A DNA stretch of 64,000 nucleotides from Planctomycetaceae bacterium (GCA_005791575.1 SXWA01000078.1:6688-70687), one strand, 5' to 3'. Counted from the stretch's first letter, positions 55,400 to 64,000 are shown. The notes: generated by a model not told the origin, from the letters alone. Numbers and translations are program-made.

Positions 55400-56081
55400 T
55401 CCGCTCGCCGGGCTGAAGCGGCCGGGGCTCGGCGGATGTCTCCTGTGCCACCCGCCGGGCCCAGGCCTGCACGTCCTGCGTGATCGGCGGCCAGGTGCCA
55501 TGGTGGCTCGGGAGCACGATCCGCGGACGCAGCATCCGCACCGCCTCCAGCGAGTCCTCCGGCCCCATCGTGAACAGATCACCGATCGGGAGCACGGCGA
55601 CATCGAGCCCCCCCTTCACCGCGGCACCGATCCGGGCCATGTCGGAGAACAGCGCGGTGTCGCCCGCCACGTAGACCGACACGCCCCCCACGTGGAGCAG
55701 CCAGCCCGCCGCGGTGCCGCCGTAGCTCCCATCGGGGAGACTGGAGGAATGCCAGGCGGTCTCCATCCGCGCCGTGCCCCCCGGCACCGCGGTGGTCCCG
55801 CCGAGGTTCATCGGCTGGGTGTTCGCCACCCCCTGCTTGCCCAGCCACTGGGCGATCTCCCAGTTGCAGAACACCCGCGCACCGGTCCGCTTCGCGATCG
55901 GCACCAGATCGGCGACATGATCGAAGTGTCCGTGGGTGACGAGGATCGCGGCACAGTCGACCGCTGCCGCCGCCATGCTGGTGGTGGGGCACTCGTCGAA
56001 GAACGGATCGACCAGCAGCACTCCCGCCCCGGTGTCGATCAGCCAGGTGGCGTGTCCTGTCCATGTGAGCGTGATCGCCAT
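55374..56081 (-). CDS. Metallo-beta-lactamase-fold hydrolase (UPF0173-like)
   Basis: The 235-aa ORF starts MAITLTWTGHATWLIDT. It has ILVTHGHFDH and VLPIGD..TMGPEDS. Its 3' end overlaps the convergent NirD-like gene by 26 nt. Confidence 0.88.
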   Translation of the reverse strand: MAITLTWTGHATWLIDTGAGVLLVDPFFDECPTTSMAAAAVDCAAILVTHGHFDHVADLVPIAKRTGARVFCNWEIAQWLGKQGVANTQPMNLGGTTAVPGGTARMETAWHSSSLPDGSYGGTAAGWLLHVGGVSVYVAGDTALFSDMARIGAAVKGGLDVAVLPIGDLFTMGPEDSLEAVRMLRPRIVLPSHHGTWPPITQDVQAWARRVAQETSAEPRPLQPGERIMVEVVRD

Positions 56082-56141
56082 GCAGCCCTCCGCGCGCGAA
56101 CCGGCCCGCCACCCCGGCGGGACCCGTGGGGAACGGTGGAA

Positions 56142-57347
56142 CTATAGTCCGGGCACGCCGCCGCCGCACCGCCCCGGAGATCCGGCATCCCCGCGCTCGA
56201 CGACGGTGGCGAGCAGCACCAGCGCGAGCAGCTGTCCGATCGCGTGCTCATCGATGCGTGGCAGGCGCACGACCGCCCCGGTGGCACCGGCAGTCCGGAG
56301 ATGATCGATGCCTGAGGCGGTGTCGGCCGCCGCCGCAGCGTGCCATCCTTCCGGCGTGGCCGATCCGCGGGGAAGGTCGCGGCGCGGTTCACCGCCGCTC
56401 ACCGCGAGGCAGCTGCCAGCGTTCCCGGTGGCACCGCAGTGGAGCAGGCCGGCCGGATGGGCGGCCGCGGTGAGGAGGTGTCCGTACCAGTCGGCGAGGG
56501 GATCGAGGGCTGCCGCCCACGTGACCACCCGTCGCACCGGTGGTGGCGCGCCGCCGAGCGCCGTTGCCAGGGTGGTGACCGGGGCGGCCCCGTCAGGCGC
56601 CCGGGATCGCGCCACGAGCGCCGCCGCGCCGACGAGTAGCCGGACCACGTCGATTCCGGCCAGTGCCGCGGCGATCAGACCGGCCGTCCCGAGCACCGAA
56701 CCCGGCCCGCTGCCGCACCCTGGGGCGTCGGTCGCCCACGAGTGGGTGTGGAACACCCTTCCTTCCACCGCGGGACCGAGGACGTGGACGATGTCCGTCG
56801 TCGGGGCCGTGGCCGGTTCGCCGACGACGATCAGCGCTGTCCGATCGAGCAGGTCGCGGTCGTGACCGGTCGCGCTTCCCTGCCCCGGCGGCAGCAGCAG
56901 GTCGAGCAGCCCCCCGATGGCGTCGGGATCGTGGTGCGGCGCCACGAAGATCAGTCGGGGCCGCCCCCCGCGGTCGCCGCGTGCGAGGTGGTCGTGCCAC
57001 GGGTGGGCGCAGGAGGCGAGGAGCAGCCTCGGCCCGGCGAGTGTGGCCCGGTCGCCGAGAAGGATCACCCGGTCGGCAGCGGCGGCGATCGCCCGGGCCG
57101 TCGCCAGGATCGCGAACAACCGGCTCTCGCGGCGGCGGGCGTGCGACCGCGTGATGCCGTACTCGGTGAGCAGCGTGTCGACGTCGAGGAGGGCCGCCGT
57201 GAGGGGATCGCCGCCGCTGCCGCCCTTCAGCAGCGCAGCCAGCACCGCCGCGGCGACATCACTCGCCGCTGGGGGGCCATCTGCCGGGCCGAGCGACTCG
57301 ACGGCGAGCGGATCATCGGGGGGCCGTGGACGGAGCACGCTCATCAC
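56142..57347 (-). CDS. Degenerate glucose-6-phosphate-isomerase-like (SIS-fold) protein, probably non-catalytic
   Basis: The 401-aa ORF follows the block order of short bacterial PGIs but with degraded motifs. RVILLGDRATLAGPRLL replaces V..IGIGGS.LGP. TALIVVGEPATAPTTD replaces SKSGTT.ET. PGSVLGTAGLIAAALAGIDVVRLLVGA resembles GGR.SVLSAVGLLPAALAGIDI. The C-terminus RIDEHAIGQLLALVLLATVV lacks the catalytic Glu context. This assignment rests on memory of motifs only. Confidence 0.5.
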   Translation of the reverse strand: MMSVLRPRPPDDPLAVESLGPADGPPAASDVAAAVLAALLKGGSGGDPLTAALLDVDTLLTEYGITRSHARRRESRLFAILATARAIAAAADRVILLGDRATLAGPRLLLASCAHPWHDHLARGDRGGRPRLIFVAPHHDPDAIGGLLDLLLPPGQGSATGHDRDLLDRTALIVVGEPATAPTTDIVHVLGPAVEGRVFHTHSWATDAPGCGSGPGSVLGTAGLIAAALAGIDVVRLLVGAAALVARSRAPDGAAPVTTLATALGGAPPPVRRVVTWAAALDPLADWYGHLLTAAAHPAGLLHCGATGNAGSCLAVSGGEPRRDLPRGSATPEGWHAAAAADTASGIDHLRTAGATGAVVRLPRIDEHAIGQLLALVLLATVVERGDAGSPGRCGGGVPGL

Positions 57348-57459
57348 GACACGGATCCCGGAGGGACATCAGCCAGCCTCCCGGCGGCCGCGGCGGGCAT
57401 CATGCCACGGGACAGCCAGGGGGTGGAGAGCGTGTGGGCCGGAGCGCCGGGAGCCAGAA

Positions 57460-57562
57460 GTCCACCCATGACCTTCGGCCACCCGAATCGCCGCGCTTTT
57501 CCCGGGAGCCGTGCCCCGGCACCTCTTCGATGGGGTGCTGCAGGCTGTTTGTCCACAGCCTG
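57460..57562. repeat. Third, diverged copy of the two-hairpin REP-like element (inverted relative to 24561..24803)
   Basis: By eye it is about 80% similar to the reverse complement of the 24.6-kb copies. It keeps GCAGGCTGTttgtccACAGCCTGC (57540-57563) and a bulged version of the other hairpin (..CCAGAAGtccacccatgacCTTCGGCC). It lies about 97 nt upstream of the apgM start. Confidence 0.75.
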
Positions 57563-57658
57563 CCGGGTGGGGCCGTCCCGGTGGTCGGGCTTGATCCCCC
57601 GGCGGCCGCGGCCCACAACATCCGTTGTCCGATCCGTTCCCGACCCCGGAGCCGACCC

Positions 57659-58864
57659 GTGATCGAGCACGAACTGCTGCGCGACCTGGCCGAGAAGAAC
57701 ACCACCAAGATCGTGATGCTGGTCGCGGACGGCCTCGGCGGTCTGCCGCTGGAGGCCGGCGGGAAGACCGAACTCGAGACCGCCTCGACCCCGAACCTCG
57801 ACCGGCTCGCTGGACGGGGCACGAGTGGTTCGAGCATTCCCGTGCTGCCCGGCATCACGCCGGGATCGGGGCCGGGGCATCTTGGCCTCTTCGGCTACGA
57901 CCCGCTCGAGTACCGCATCGGCCGCGGAGCGCTCGAAGCGACCGGGATCGGCTTCGAACTCGGCCCCGACGACGTCGCCGCCCGCGGCAACTTCTGCACA
58001 CTCGATGCCGCCGGTCGGATCAGCGACCGGCGCGCGGGCCGGATCCCGTCGGAGGAGAGCTTCGCGGTGGTGGAGCGCCTCCAGGCGGTGCGGATCGACG
58101 GGGTCGAGACCTTCGTGAAGCCGGTGAAGGAGCACCGCTTCGTGGTCGTGTTCCGCGGCCCGGGGCTCGACGGTGCCGTCGCCGACACCGATCCGCAGGC
58201 TACCGGCGTGGAACCGCTCGCCCCGGTCGCCGCCTCTCCGGCGGCGGAACGCACGGCTCGGGTGGCCGCGGAGTTCGTCCGCCAGGCTCGCACGATCCTC
58301 GCCTCGGAGAAGAAGGCCAATGGCCTCGTGCTCCGCGGGTTCGCCGCCAAGCCGCGGCTGCCCACCTTCGCGGAACTCTATGGGCTGCGGGCGGCGGCGA
58401 TCGCCGTCTACCCGATGTACAAGGGGCTCGCCCGCTTGGCGGGCATGACGCTCGTCGGCGAAGCCGCCTCGCTCGAGGAACAGCTCGACACGCTCGCCGG
58501 CTGCTGGCAGGACCACGACTTCTTCTTCCTCCACTTCAAATACACCGACTCGACCGGCGAGGACGGCGCCTTCGCCGACAAGGTCCGTCGCATCGAGGAA
58601 CTCGACCGCGCCCTGCCGCGGATCGAGTCGCTCCGCCCCGACGTGCTCGTCGTCACCGGCGACCACTCCACCCCCAGCCGGCTGCGGAGCCATTCCTGGC
58701 ACCCGGTGCCCACCCTGCTGGTGGCCGACACCTGCCGCCCCGACGGGCTCGAGCGGTTTTCAGAGCGGGACTGCCTCCGCGGCGGCCTCGGGCAGTTCCC
58801 CGCCAAGCATCTCATGCTCCTGGCGATGGCCCACGCGCTGCGCCTGGGGAAGTTCGGAGCATGA
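57659..58864 (+). CDS. apgM: Cofactor-independent phosphoglycerate mutase, archaeal/ApgM type (alkaline-phosphatase superfamily)
   Basis: The probable GTG start at 57659 has GGAG upstream and gives 401 aa. The sequence contains KIVMLVADGLGGLP..., TPNLDRLA, SGPGHLGLFGYDP and VVTGDHSTP..SHSWHPVP. Confidence 0.88.
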   Translation: MIEHELLRDLAEKNTTKIVMLVADGLGGLPLEAGGKTELETASTPNLDRLAGRGTSGSSIPVLPGITPGSGPGHLGLFGYDPLEYRIGRGALEATGIGFELGPDDVAARGNFCTLDAAGRISDRRAGRIPSEESFAVVERLQAVRIDGVETFVKPVKEHRFVVVFRGPGLDGAVADTDPQATGVEPLAPVAASPAAERTARVAAEFVRQARTILASEKKANGLVLRGFAAKPRLPTFAELYGLRAAAIAVYPMYKGLARLAGMTLVGEAASLEEQLDTLAGCWQDHDFFFLHFKYTDSTGEDGAFADKVRRIEELDRALPRIESLRPDVLVVTGDHSTPSRLRSHSWHPVPTLLVADTCRPDGLERFSERDCLRGGLGQFPAKHLMLLAMAHALRLGKFGA

Positions 58865-58932
58865 CGGGGGAAGGTTGGGTATAAGTCGAAGGATGGCCCC
58901 CCGTCGGGCCGACTTCCCGGCACGGCGAATCC

Positions 58933-60027
58933 ATGGCGCGACTCGACGACGAGGATCTTTTCCAGAGCTCGACGATGACGTTCGGCGAGCACTTGGAGGA
59001 ACTCCGGGTGTGTCTCGTCCGGGCGACGCGCGGCCTCGCGGTCGCGGTCGTCATCGGCTTCATGGTCGCCCGCCCGGTGGTCCATCTGGTGGAGCAGCCG
59101 TTGAAGCGGGCCCTGGGGAAGTACTACACGGGCCAGTCGCTGCGCACCTTCGACTCCTGGCAGCCGCGAGTCGCCGGCGGTGTTCCCCTGCCCTACTCGC
59201 GCGCCGAGGTGGTGGACGCGGTCGAGCGCCACGAGTTGTCGTTCGAGCTGCGTGAGGTCCACCCCGACCGATTGGCCCGCGTGCTCGGCGGCCCCACCAG
59301 CGGCCCCACTAGCGGCCCCGCCGGCAGCACAGCCGGCAGCACAGCCAGCGGCACGACCCCGTCGGCGGCCGAGCCGGACGACGCTGCTGCGGCGCCGTTC
59401 CTGCTCGACGATCTCGTGCCGCTCCTCCTCTGGCAGCCGCTGGCGCGCGATCCGCGGGTCAGCATCACCACGCTCAGCGCGCAGGAGGCGTTCGGGATCT
59501 ACATCAAGGCGGCGTTGCTGGTGGGGATCGTGCTCTCGAGTCCGTGGATCTTCTACCAGCTGTGGACCTTCGTCGCCGCGGGGCTTTATCCGCACGAGAA
59601 GCGCTGGATCCACCTCTTTCTGCCGGTGAGCATCGGTCTGTTCCTCGCCGGCGTCGCCCTCGCGTTCTTCTTCGTCTTCGACTTCGTCCTCGACTACCTG
59701 TTGCAGTTCAACGCCTGGCTCGGCCTCGACCCCGATCCGCGGATCAGCGAGTGGATGAGTTTCGTGCTCATCCTTCCCGTCGGGTTCGGCATCGGCTTCC
59801 AGCTCCCGCTGGTGATGCTGTTCCTCGAGCGGATCGGCATCATGGACGTGGCCGCCTATGCCTCGCAGTGGCGGCTGGCGGTGGTGGTGATCTTCGTCGT
59901 CTCGGCCGTCCTCACCCCTGCCGATCCCTACAGCCTGCTGTTCCTCGCCGTCCCGCTCTGCCTGCTCTACTTCGGCGGAGTGCTCCTTTGCAGGCTCCTG
60001 CCGCGCGCCGCCGAGGCCTCGGCCTGA
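58933..60027 (+). CDS. tatC: Twin-arginine translocase subunit TatC with a greatly enlarged first periplasmic loop
   Basis: The 364-aa ORF has MTFGEHLEELRVCLVR, SPWIFYQLWTFVAAGLYPHEKR and TPADPYSLLFLAVPLCLLY. About 135 aa separate TM1 from TM2. Confidence 0.9.
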   Translation: MARLDDEDLFQSSTMTFGEHLEELRVCLVRATRGLAVAVVIGFMVARPVVHLVEQPLKRALGKYYTGQSLRTFDSWQPRVAGGVPLPYSRAEVVDAVERHELSFELREVHPDRLARVLGGPTSGPTSGPAGSTAGSTASGTTPSAAEPDDAAAAPFLLDDLVPLLLWQPLARDPRVSITTLSAQEAFGIYIKAALLVGIVLSSPWIFYQLWTFVAAGLYPHEKRWIHLFLPVSIGLFLAGVALAFFFVFDFVLDYLLQFNAWLGLDPDPRISEWMSFVLILPVGFGIGFQLPLVMLFLERIGIMDVAAYASQWRLAVVVIFVVSAVLTPADPYSLLFLAVPLCLLYFGGVLLCRLLPRAAEASA

Positions 60028-60073
60028 CACCACCTCCGGGACCGACCGGTCACGGCCGGGCGCACGCGTGTGG

Positions 60074-60580
60074 TCAGCGGCTCACGAACGCGAGCCAGTA
60101 GAACCAGCTCCCGGTGATCGCGGTGAGCAGCAGATCGAGCGCCGCCAGCCGGGCCCAGCGGCGATGCCGCGGGCCGTGGGTGCCGGGGGCGGTTGGCACC
60201 GGGAAGCGCCGCAGCGCTTCGGTCATCACCCACACCCACAGCCCGAGGGTCGACACCGCGAAGACCAGGTGGATCCCCAGGGCTGACAGCACCCCGCGCG
60301 GCCAGTAGGGGCTCGGTGCCGCCCTCTCCTTCCAGTCGCTCACCAGGCGGACGTCGATCTCGAAGACGACGATCGCCGCCAGGAGGAGCAGGCCGATCGT
60401 CAGTTGCAGGCGGCGATGCAGGGTGTAGCGGCCACGCCGCACGAGGTGCACGCTCCAGGCCAGGAGCGGGAGCACGGCCAGCAGGCCGACGAGCACCACG
60501 TCCATCCCCAACGAGGCCCGCGTGCCGAGGAAGCCGTCGATGCCCCCGGGGGCAGGGGAAACCTGGGCTGTGGCTGGCAC
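60074..60580 (-). CDS. DUF420-family membrane protein (second copy in the window)
   Basis: The 168-aa ORF has GFLGTRASLGMDVVLVGLLAVLPLL...HRRLQLTIGLLLLAAIVVFE...HRRWARLAALDLLLTAITGSWFY. The four-helix layout is the same as in 23491..23964. Confidence 0.75.
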   Translation of the reverse strand: MPATAQVSPAPGGIDGFLGTRASLGMDVVLVGLLAVLPLLAWSVHLVRRGRYTLHRRLQLTIGLLLLAAIVVFEIDVRLVSDWKERAAPSPYWPRGVLSALGIHLVFAVSTLGLWVWVMTEALRRFPVPTAPGTHGPRHRRWARLAALDLLLTAITGSWFYWLAFVSR

Positions 60581-60684
60581 GCGAGCGTTCCGGAGAGGCG
60601 GGCGGTGAACCCGAATTCAGTGTAGCCATCCGGGCGCCGCCGGTGAGCGAACCACCGCTGGCTTCGTCGGGCTGCCATTCCACT

Positions 60685-60712
60685 GGAAAAAGGCCATGGA
60701 GGGACTTTTTCC
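60685..60712. repeat. Isolated hairpin related to hairpin 2 of the REP-like element (stem covaries, loop conserved)
   Basis: GGAAAAAG-gccatggaggga-CTTTTTCC compares with GGCCAAAG-gccatggatgga-CTTTGGCC at 24644-24671. The 3' flank (CGACGGCTGCT against CACGGGCTGCT) is also similar. It lies 28 nt upstream of tRNA-Leu. Confidence 0.6.
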
Positions 60713-60740
60713 GACGGCTGCTACCATCCCATGACCACGC

Positions 60741-60826
60741 GGCCGAGTGGCGAAACTGGCAGACGCACGGGACTTAAAATCCCGTGGAGAGCGATCTCCG
60801 TGCGGGTTCGATCCCCGCCTCGGCCA
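60741..60826 (+). tRNA. tRNA-Leu, anticodon UAA (type II, long variable arm)
   Basis: Hand-folded as follows. Acceptor stem GGCCGAG/CTCGGCC. D arm GCG-aaactggcaga-CGC. Anticodon stem CGGGA/TCCCG with loop CTTAAAA. Variable arm of 17 nt. T arm GCGGG-TTCGATC-CCCGC. Discriminator A. No CCA is encoded. Confidence 0.9.
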
Positions 60827-61323
60827 GTCGGGCGGACCGTGTCCGCCACCGGGTTCTCTTTCGGCTTGATCGGTGCCCGGGGAACCGGTACCTCTCGCTG
60901 CCCAACACGTGGGTGCCAGGAGACGAACCCCGGATGGCCTTGCCGATGCACCCTTTGCCGGGCCGCGGTGACCGTGACCGAATCCTGACCGTGCGCCGTG
61001 GGCCCTCCCGGGCCGGTTTCGGCGGGGCTGCCGCGCCAGTCGGGTGGCGGGACTCCATTGCCGTGTGGCTGCCGTGGATTGTCGCGCCGGTCTTCGTCGC
61101 CCTGCCCATCGGGGGATGCGGCATGGGGGAACGGCTGCGGCAGGCCGCGGCCCGTCCGATCGCCGCACCAGCCACCGGTGAAGGCACCAAGGGGGGCGGC
61201 CCGGTGACGCTCGTGACCTTCGAGCCGCGATAGGGCGGGCGCACGGCCGGCCCCTCCAGTGGCATTCCCCGGTCGGCCGCACTACCGTGGCAGGGAATCG
61301 TCACGGGCCCGGGAGAGTGCCGG

Positions 61324-63381
61324 ATGTCATTGCGTTCGCGGATCGCCCTCATCGCCGGGTTGCTGGTCCTCGCGTCGATCGCGGTCACGAGCCTGCTGCA
61401 GACCTGGGCGGCCCGGCGGGCCGTCCTCGAGGAGGTGCGCAGCAGTGGCAACGGCGTCGCCGAGGTGCTGGCCCGGTCGGCCGCGCTGGCGGCGGAGGTG
61501 CCGCGGGCGGTGGAGACGGAGATCGGCGAGCAGATGCTCACCCAGGCCCGGTTGCTGGCCGAGGTCGTGGCCCTGGCCGACCAGGCGGGACTGAAACCCG
61601 AGGAGGTCCGCGCCCGTCTCCGGGGGATCGCGGCCCAGGGGGGGATCGAGCTGCTTGCCACCGACGAAACGGGCAAGGTGGTCATCGACACCGGCGACGG
61701 CGCCGAGGGCTGGACCTTCTCGTCCAATCCCGCGGCGCAGCCGCAGGCCCATGTCTTCCACAAGCTCCTCACCGGTGACCTGCCCAGCATCGTCCAGGAT
61801 TCGCAGCGGCGCGAGATCGATGACCGGGTCTACAAGTACGCGGGTGTCGGCGGGGTCGATGGCCCGCGGATCGTGCAGGTGGGCATGGAAGCCACCTTCT
61901 TCGATCGCGTCGATCGCAACCTCGGGCTCCGTCGCCTGGTGCACGACTTGGTGGCTGGCGACGTGCGTGAGGTGCGGATCCTCGACGAGCGCCAGGTGCC
62001 GGTTGTCTCGCGGCGCGTCGATGATGCCGGGATCGTCACCGACGCCGATCTGCCGGTCGACGCGGCCGATGGAGCGCTGATCGGATCGGCGGCGGCCGCG
62101 GCCGGGCCGGTGGGCCGCTTCGACTCCGATGCCTACGTCGTCGCCGCCCCGGTGCGCCGCAACGACGGCGCCCCGGCCGGCGCCGTGCTGGTGAGGATTT
62201 CCACCGCCGCCAGCCGGGAGGGGCTCGCGTGGCAGGCGGCTGCCGCCGTGGCGAGCGGATTGCTCGTCGGGCTCCCGGGGGTCCTCGGTGCCCTGTGGTT
62301 GGCCCGCTCGATCGCCGAGCCGGTCCGGCGCTCGATGATGGTGGCCGAGTCGATCGCGGCGGGTGACCTCACCGTGCCTGTGCCGCCGGGGGGCAGCGAC
62401 GAGTTGGGGAGGCTGCTCGCCGCATTCGAGGCGATGTCGGGGTCGCTTCGCGGGCTCATCGGCCGGATCCAGGATTCAGGGTTCCGCCTGTCGGTGAGCG
62501 AATCCGACGCGGCCGCCGCCCTCGCCCGCCAGGAGCGGTCGATCCACGGGTTCAGCGGCTCCGCCGCCGACATCTCTGCCGCGGTGACCGAGATCGCCAC
62601 CACCGGCGAGCAGCTGCTCAGCACCACCAGTGCGGTCACCGACGTGGCCCGGGAGGCCGCCCGTGTCGCCGACCAGGGACGCGACGGTCTGCTCGGCATG
62701 TCGACCTCGATGCAGCACCTCGACGAGGCGATGAACGCGTTCACCCGCAAGCTGGGGACGATCAGCCAGCGGGCGGCGGGAATCACCACCGTGGTCACCA
62801 CCATCGCCAAGGTCGCCGACCAGACGAACCTGTTGAGCGTCAACGCCACGATCGAGGCGGAGAAGGCCGGTGAGGCGGGGCGTGGCTTCCGGATCGTCGC
62901 CCAGGAGATCCGGCGTCTCGCCGATCAGACCGCCCTGGCCACCAAGGACATCGAGCGCATGGTCCGCGACATGCAGGCCGCCGTCGCCAGCGGGACGATG
63001 GAGATGGACCGCTTCCGCAACGAGGTCAGCGCACGGATCGGCGAGGTGTCGCAGGTGAGCGAACAACTCGGTCAGATCATCGAGCCGGTGAAGTCGGTGA
63101 CCCAGTCGTTGGAGACGGTCCACGACGGCATGCGGACCCAGGCCGTGGGGGTGCGGCAGATCCGCGATGCCATGGAGAAGCTCCGTGCGGGCGCCGGGGA
63201 ATCGGCGTCGTCCACCGTGATCTTCGCCTCGACCCTCGCCGATCTGCGGCGCTCGATCGCCGAACTCAACGCCGAGTCGGCGCGGTTTCTCACCGCCGAC
63301 GGATTGCCCACCGCGCCCGCGGCGGACCACGACACGCCGGCCGAGCCGTGGAACGGCGGCAGGCTCGTGCCGCCGTCGTGA
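61324..63381 (+). CDS. Methyl-accepting chemotaxis protein (TM, periplasmic sensor, TM, HAMP, signalling domain)
   Basis: The 685-aa ORF has an N-terminal TM helix, a periplasmic region of about 290 aa, a second TM helix and a HAMP domain ([22 protein letters not shown]). The highly conserved hairpin tip is present ([39 protein letters not shown]). Confidence 0.92.
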   Translation: MSLRSRIALIAGLLVLASIAVTSLLQTWAARRAVLEEVRSSGNGVAEVLARSAALAAEVPRAVETEIGEQMLTQARLLAEVVALADQAGLKPEEVRARLRGIAAQGGIELLATDETGKVVIDTGDGAEGWTFSSNPAAQPQAHVFHKLLTGDLPSIVQDSQRREIDDRVYKYAGVGGVDGPRIVQVGMEATFFDRVDRNLGLRRLVHDLVAGDVREVRILDERQVPVVSRRVDDAGIVTDADLPVDAADGALIGSAAAAAGPVGRFDSDAYVVAAPVRRNDGAPAGAVLVRISTAASREGLAWQAAAAVASGLLVGLPGVLGALWLARSIAEPVRRSMMVAESIAAGDLTVPVPPGGSDELGRLLAAFEAMSGSLRGLIGRIQDSGFRLSVSESDAAAALARQERSIHGFSGSAADISAAVTEIATTGEQLLSTTSAVTDVAREAARVADQGRDGLLGMSTSMQHLDEAMNAFTRKLGTISQRAAGITTVVTTIAKVADQTNLLSVNATIEAEKAGEAGRGFRIVAQEIRRLADQTALATKDIERMVRDMQAAVASGTMEMDRFRNEVSARIGEVSQVSEQLGQIIEPVKSVTQSLETVHDGMRTQAVGVRQIRDAMEKLRAGAGESASSTVIFASTLADLRRSIAELNAESARFLTADGLPTAPAADHDTPAEPWNGGRLVPPS

Positions 63382-63448
63382 GTGGGGCTGATCGTGGGTG
63401 AAGCTGATCCCGTGCCGGGGCTGCCCGGAGAACGCCGCGGGAAACGGC

Positions 63449-64000
63449 TCAGCGGCGGGTGGCGTCGTCTGCGCGGGTCGCCTGGCGGGCAGCGAGGAAT
63501 CGCCGCAGGCCGCTGACCACCCGTGAGGGATGCTGGGTGCCCGACTGACTGAACAGGGGCGTCTGCCCATCGTCTGTGACGATGATCTCGACCGCCTCGG
63601 GTGCCAACTCGACCCCACCGAGGAGGTGTTCCATCGACTGTTCCGTCTCGGTTCCGCCGGCAGTGGCGGGATTCACCTGGGCGACCACGAAATGGCTGTT
63701 CGCCAACGCCTCGAATTCCGGGTCGTTGATCAGGGAGGCCGTGCGCGTGCGGGCTGCGGTGTCCCCGGGCCGCGACACCACCAGGAGGATCGGCCGCTTG
63801 GCGCCCCGGGCCCGCACGACCGCCTCGTCGAGCGTGTCGCAGACCGCCGGCATGTGGGTGGCGAATTGGCCGATCCACTCCGCGGGGGACAGGCCGGTAT
63901 ACCCGGTTTGGGCGGTGAGTTTCTCGCCGTCCGGCGTCAGCAGGAGGACGCTCGGGAACGTGCTCACCCCGTAGCGTTTGCAAACCAGCGACCGCTCGCG
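63449..64000 (-). CDS. Thioredoxin-fold protein; the 5' end runs off the window
   Basis: The frame stays open upstream of the listed Met to position 64000 (..RERSLVCKRYGVSTFPSVLLLTPDGEK), which is a typical thioredoxin-fold beta-strand context. The true start and any CxxC motif lie outside the window. Confidence 0.65.
   Translation of the reverse strand, partial: RERSLVCKRYGVSTFPSVLLLTPDGEKLTAQTGYTGLSPAEWIGQFATHMPAVCDTLDEAVVRARGAKRPILLVVSRPGDTAARTRTASLINDPEFEALANSHFVVAQVNPATAGGTETEQSMEHLLGGVELAPEAVEIIVTDDGQTPLFSQSGTQHPSRVVSGLRRFLAARQATRADDATRR

Noticed and set aside
58408-60033. A 541-aa - strand ORF
   Set aside because: It is antisense to apgM and tatC, both of which have strong family motifs. 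Its translation is charged and low-complexity (runs of E, R, D, G, H) with no domain.
60934-61233. A possible 100-aa small membrane protein (MALPMHPLPG...WLPWIVAPVFVALPIGGCG...) between tRNA-Leu and the MCP gene
   Set aside because: It has one hydrophobic stretch and moderate GC3, but no recognisable family, no clear RBS and low-complexity ends. The longer track ORF (60784-61233) overlaps the tRNA. Evidence is insufficient to call it a gene.

Overview
This is a high-GC bacterial chromosomal segment with about 60 supportable genes and no rRNA, CRISPR array or obvious mobile element. All family calls come from motifs I recognised in the supplied translations or in my own translations. No database search was possible. 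The gene content and protein style suggest Planctomycetota, but that is only an inference (many lipoproteins, a TatC with a giant loop, and a split cytochrome b/Rieske complex with a giant multihaem cytochrome c).

Layout:
- 1-4492 (- strand): a cassette of a GAF-domain membrane-fusion protein, a second HlyD-type membrane-fusion protein and an M50 metalloprotease. No transporter is in view. The M50 gene runs off the left edge and is missing from the ORF track.
- 4.8-13.3 kb: mixed genes. These are DUF3467, two TPR proteins, an internally duplicated ABC-2 permease, a thioredoxin-like lipoprotein and a sulfotransferase.
- 13256-42912: 27 uninterrupted co-directional genes on the - strand.
  - Quinol oxidation: Rieske protein, split cytochrome b and a 1528-aa octahaem cytochrome c.
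  - Electron carriers: two amicyanin-like cupredoxins and a dihaem cytochrome c.
  - Oxidase and its assembly: ctaC, ctaD, ctaA, ctaB, ctaE, subunit IV, SCO1 and DUF420.
  - A small CPTC membrane protein followed by two tandem paralogous unknowns.
  - mdh, a serine-less alpha/beta-hydrolase and a stand-alone HATPase_c protein.
  - A compact fliF-fliO-fliP-fliQ-fliR-flhB cluster whose FlhB lacks the C-terminal autocleavage domain.
- 42.9-43.9 kb: about 1 kb with no convincing gene, containing an AT-rich palindromic island.
- 43.9-64 kb: housekeeping and mixed genes (purD, a Gfo/Idh/MocA oxidoreductase, an IPMDH-family enzyme, an HNH endonuclease, fdxA, an ECF sigma factor, an S9 peptidase, a HAD hydrolase, a NirD-like Rieske protein, an MBL hydrolase, a degenerate PGI-like protein, apgM, tatC, a second DUF420, tRNA-Leu(UAA), an MCP, and a thioredoxin-like gene that runs off the right edge).

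Sequence-level structure that the genes do not explain:
- A two-hairpin REP-like element occurs in 3 copies plus one partial copy. Its stems covary and one loop is conserved.
- A 66-bp tandem repeat triplicates the 3' end of the HNH gene.
- In-frame tandem repeats occur in ctaA, tatC and the octahaem cytochrome.
- Several 15-21 bp intergenic tandem repeats are present.
- A textbook intrinsic terminator is embedded in the last codons of fdxA.

Many long ORFs in the track are antisense or out-of-frame artefacts of the high GC content and were rejected.
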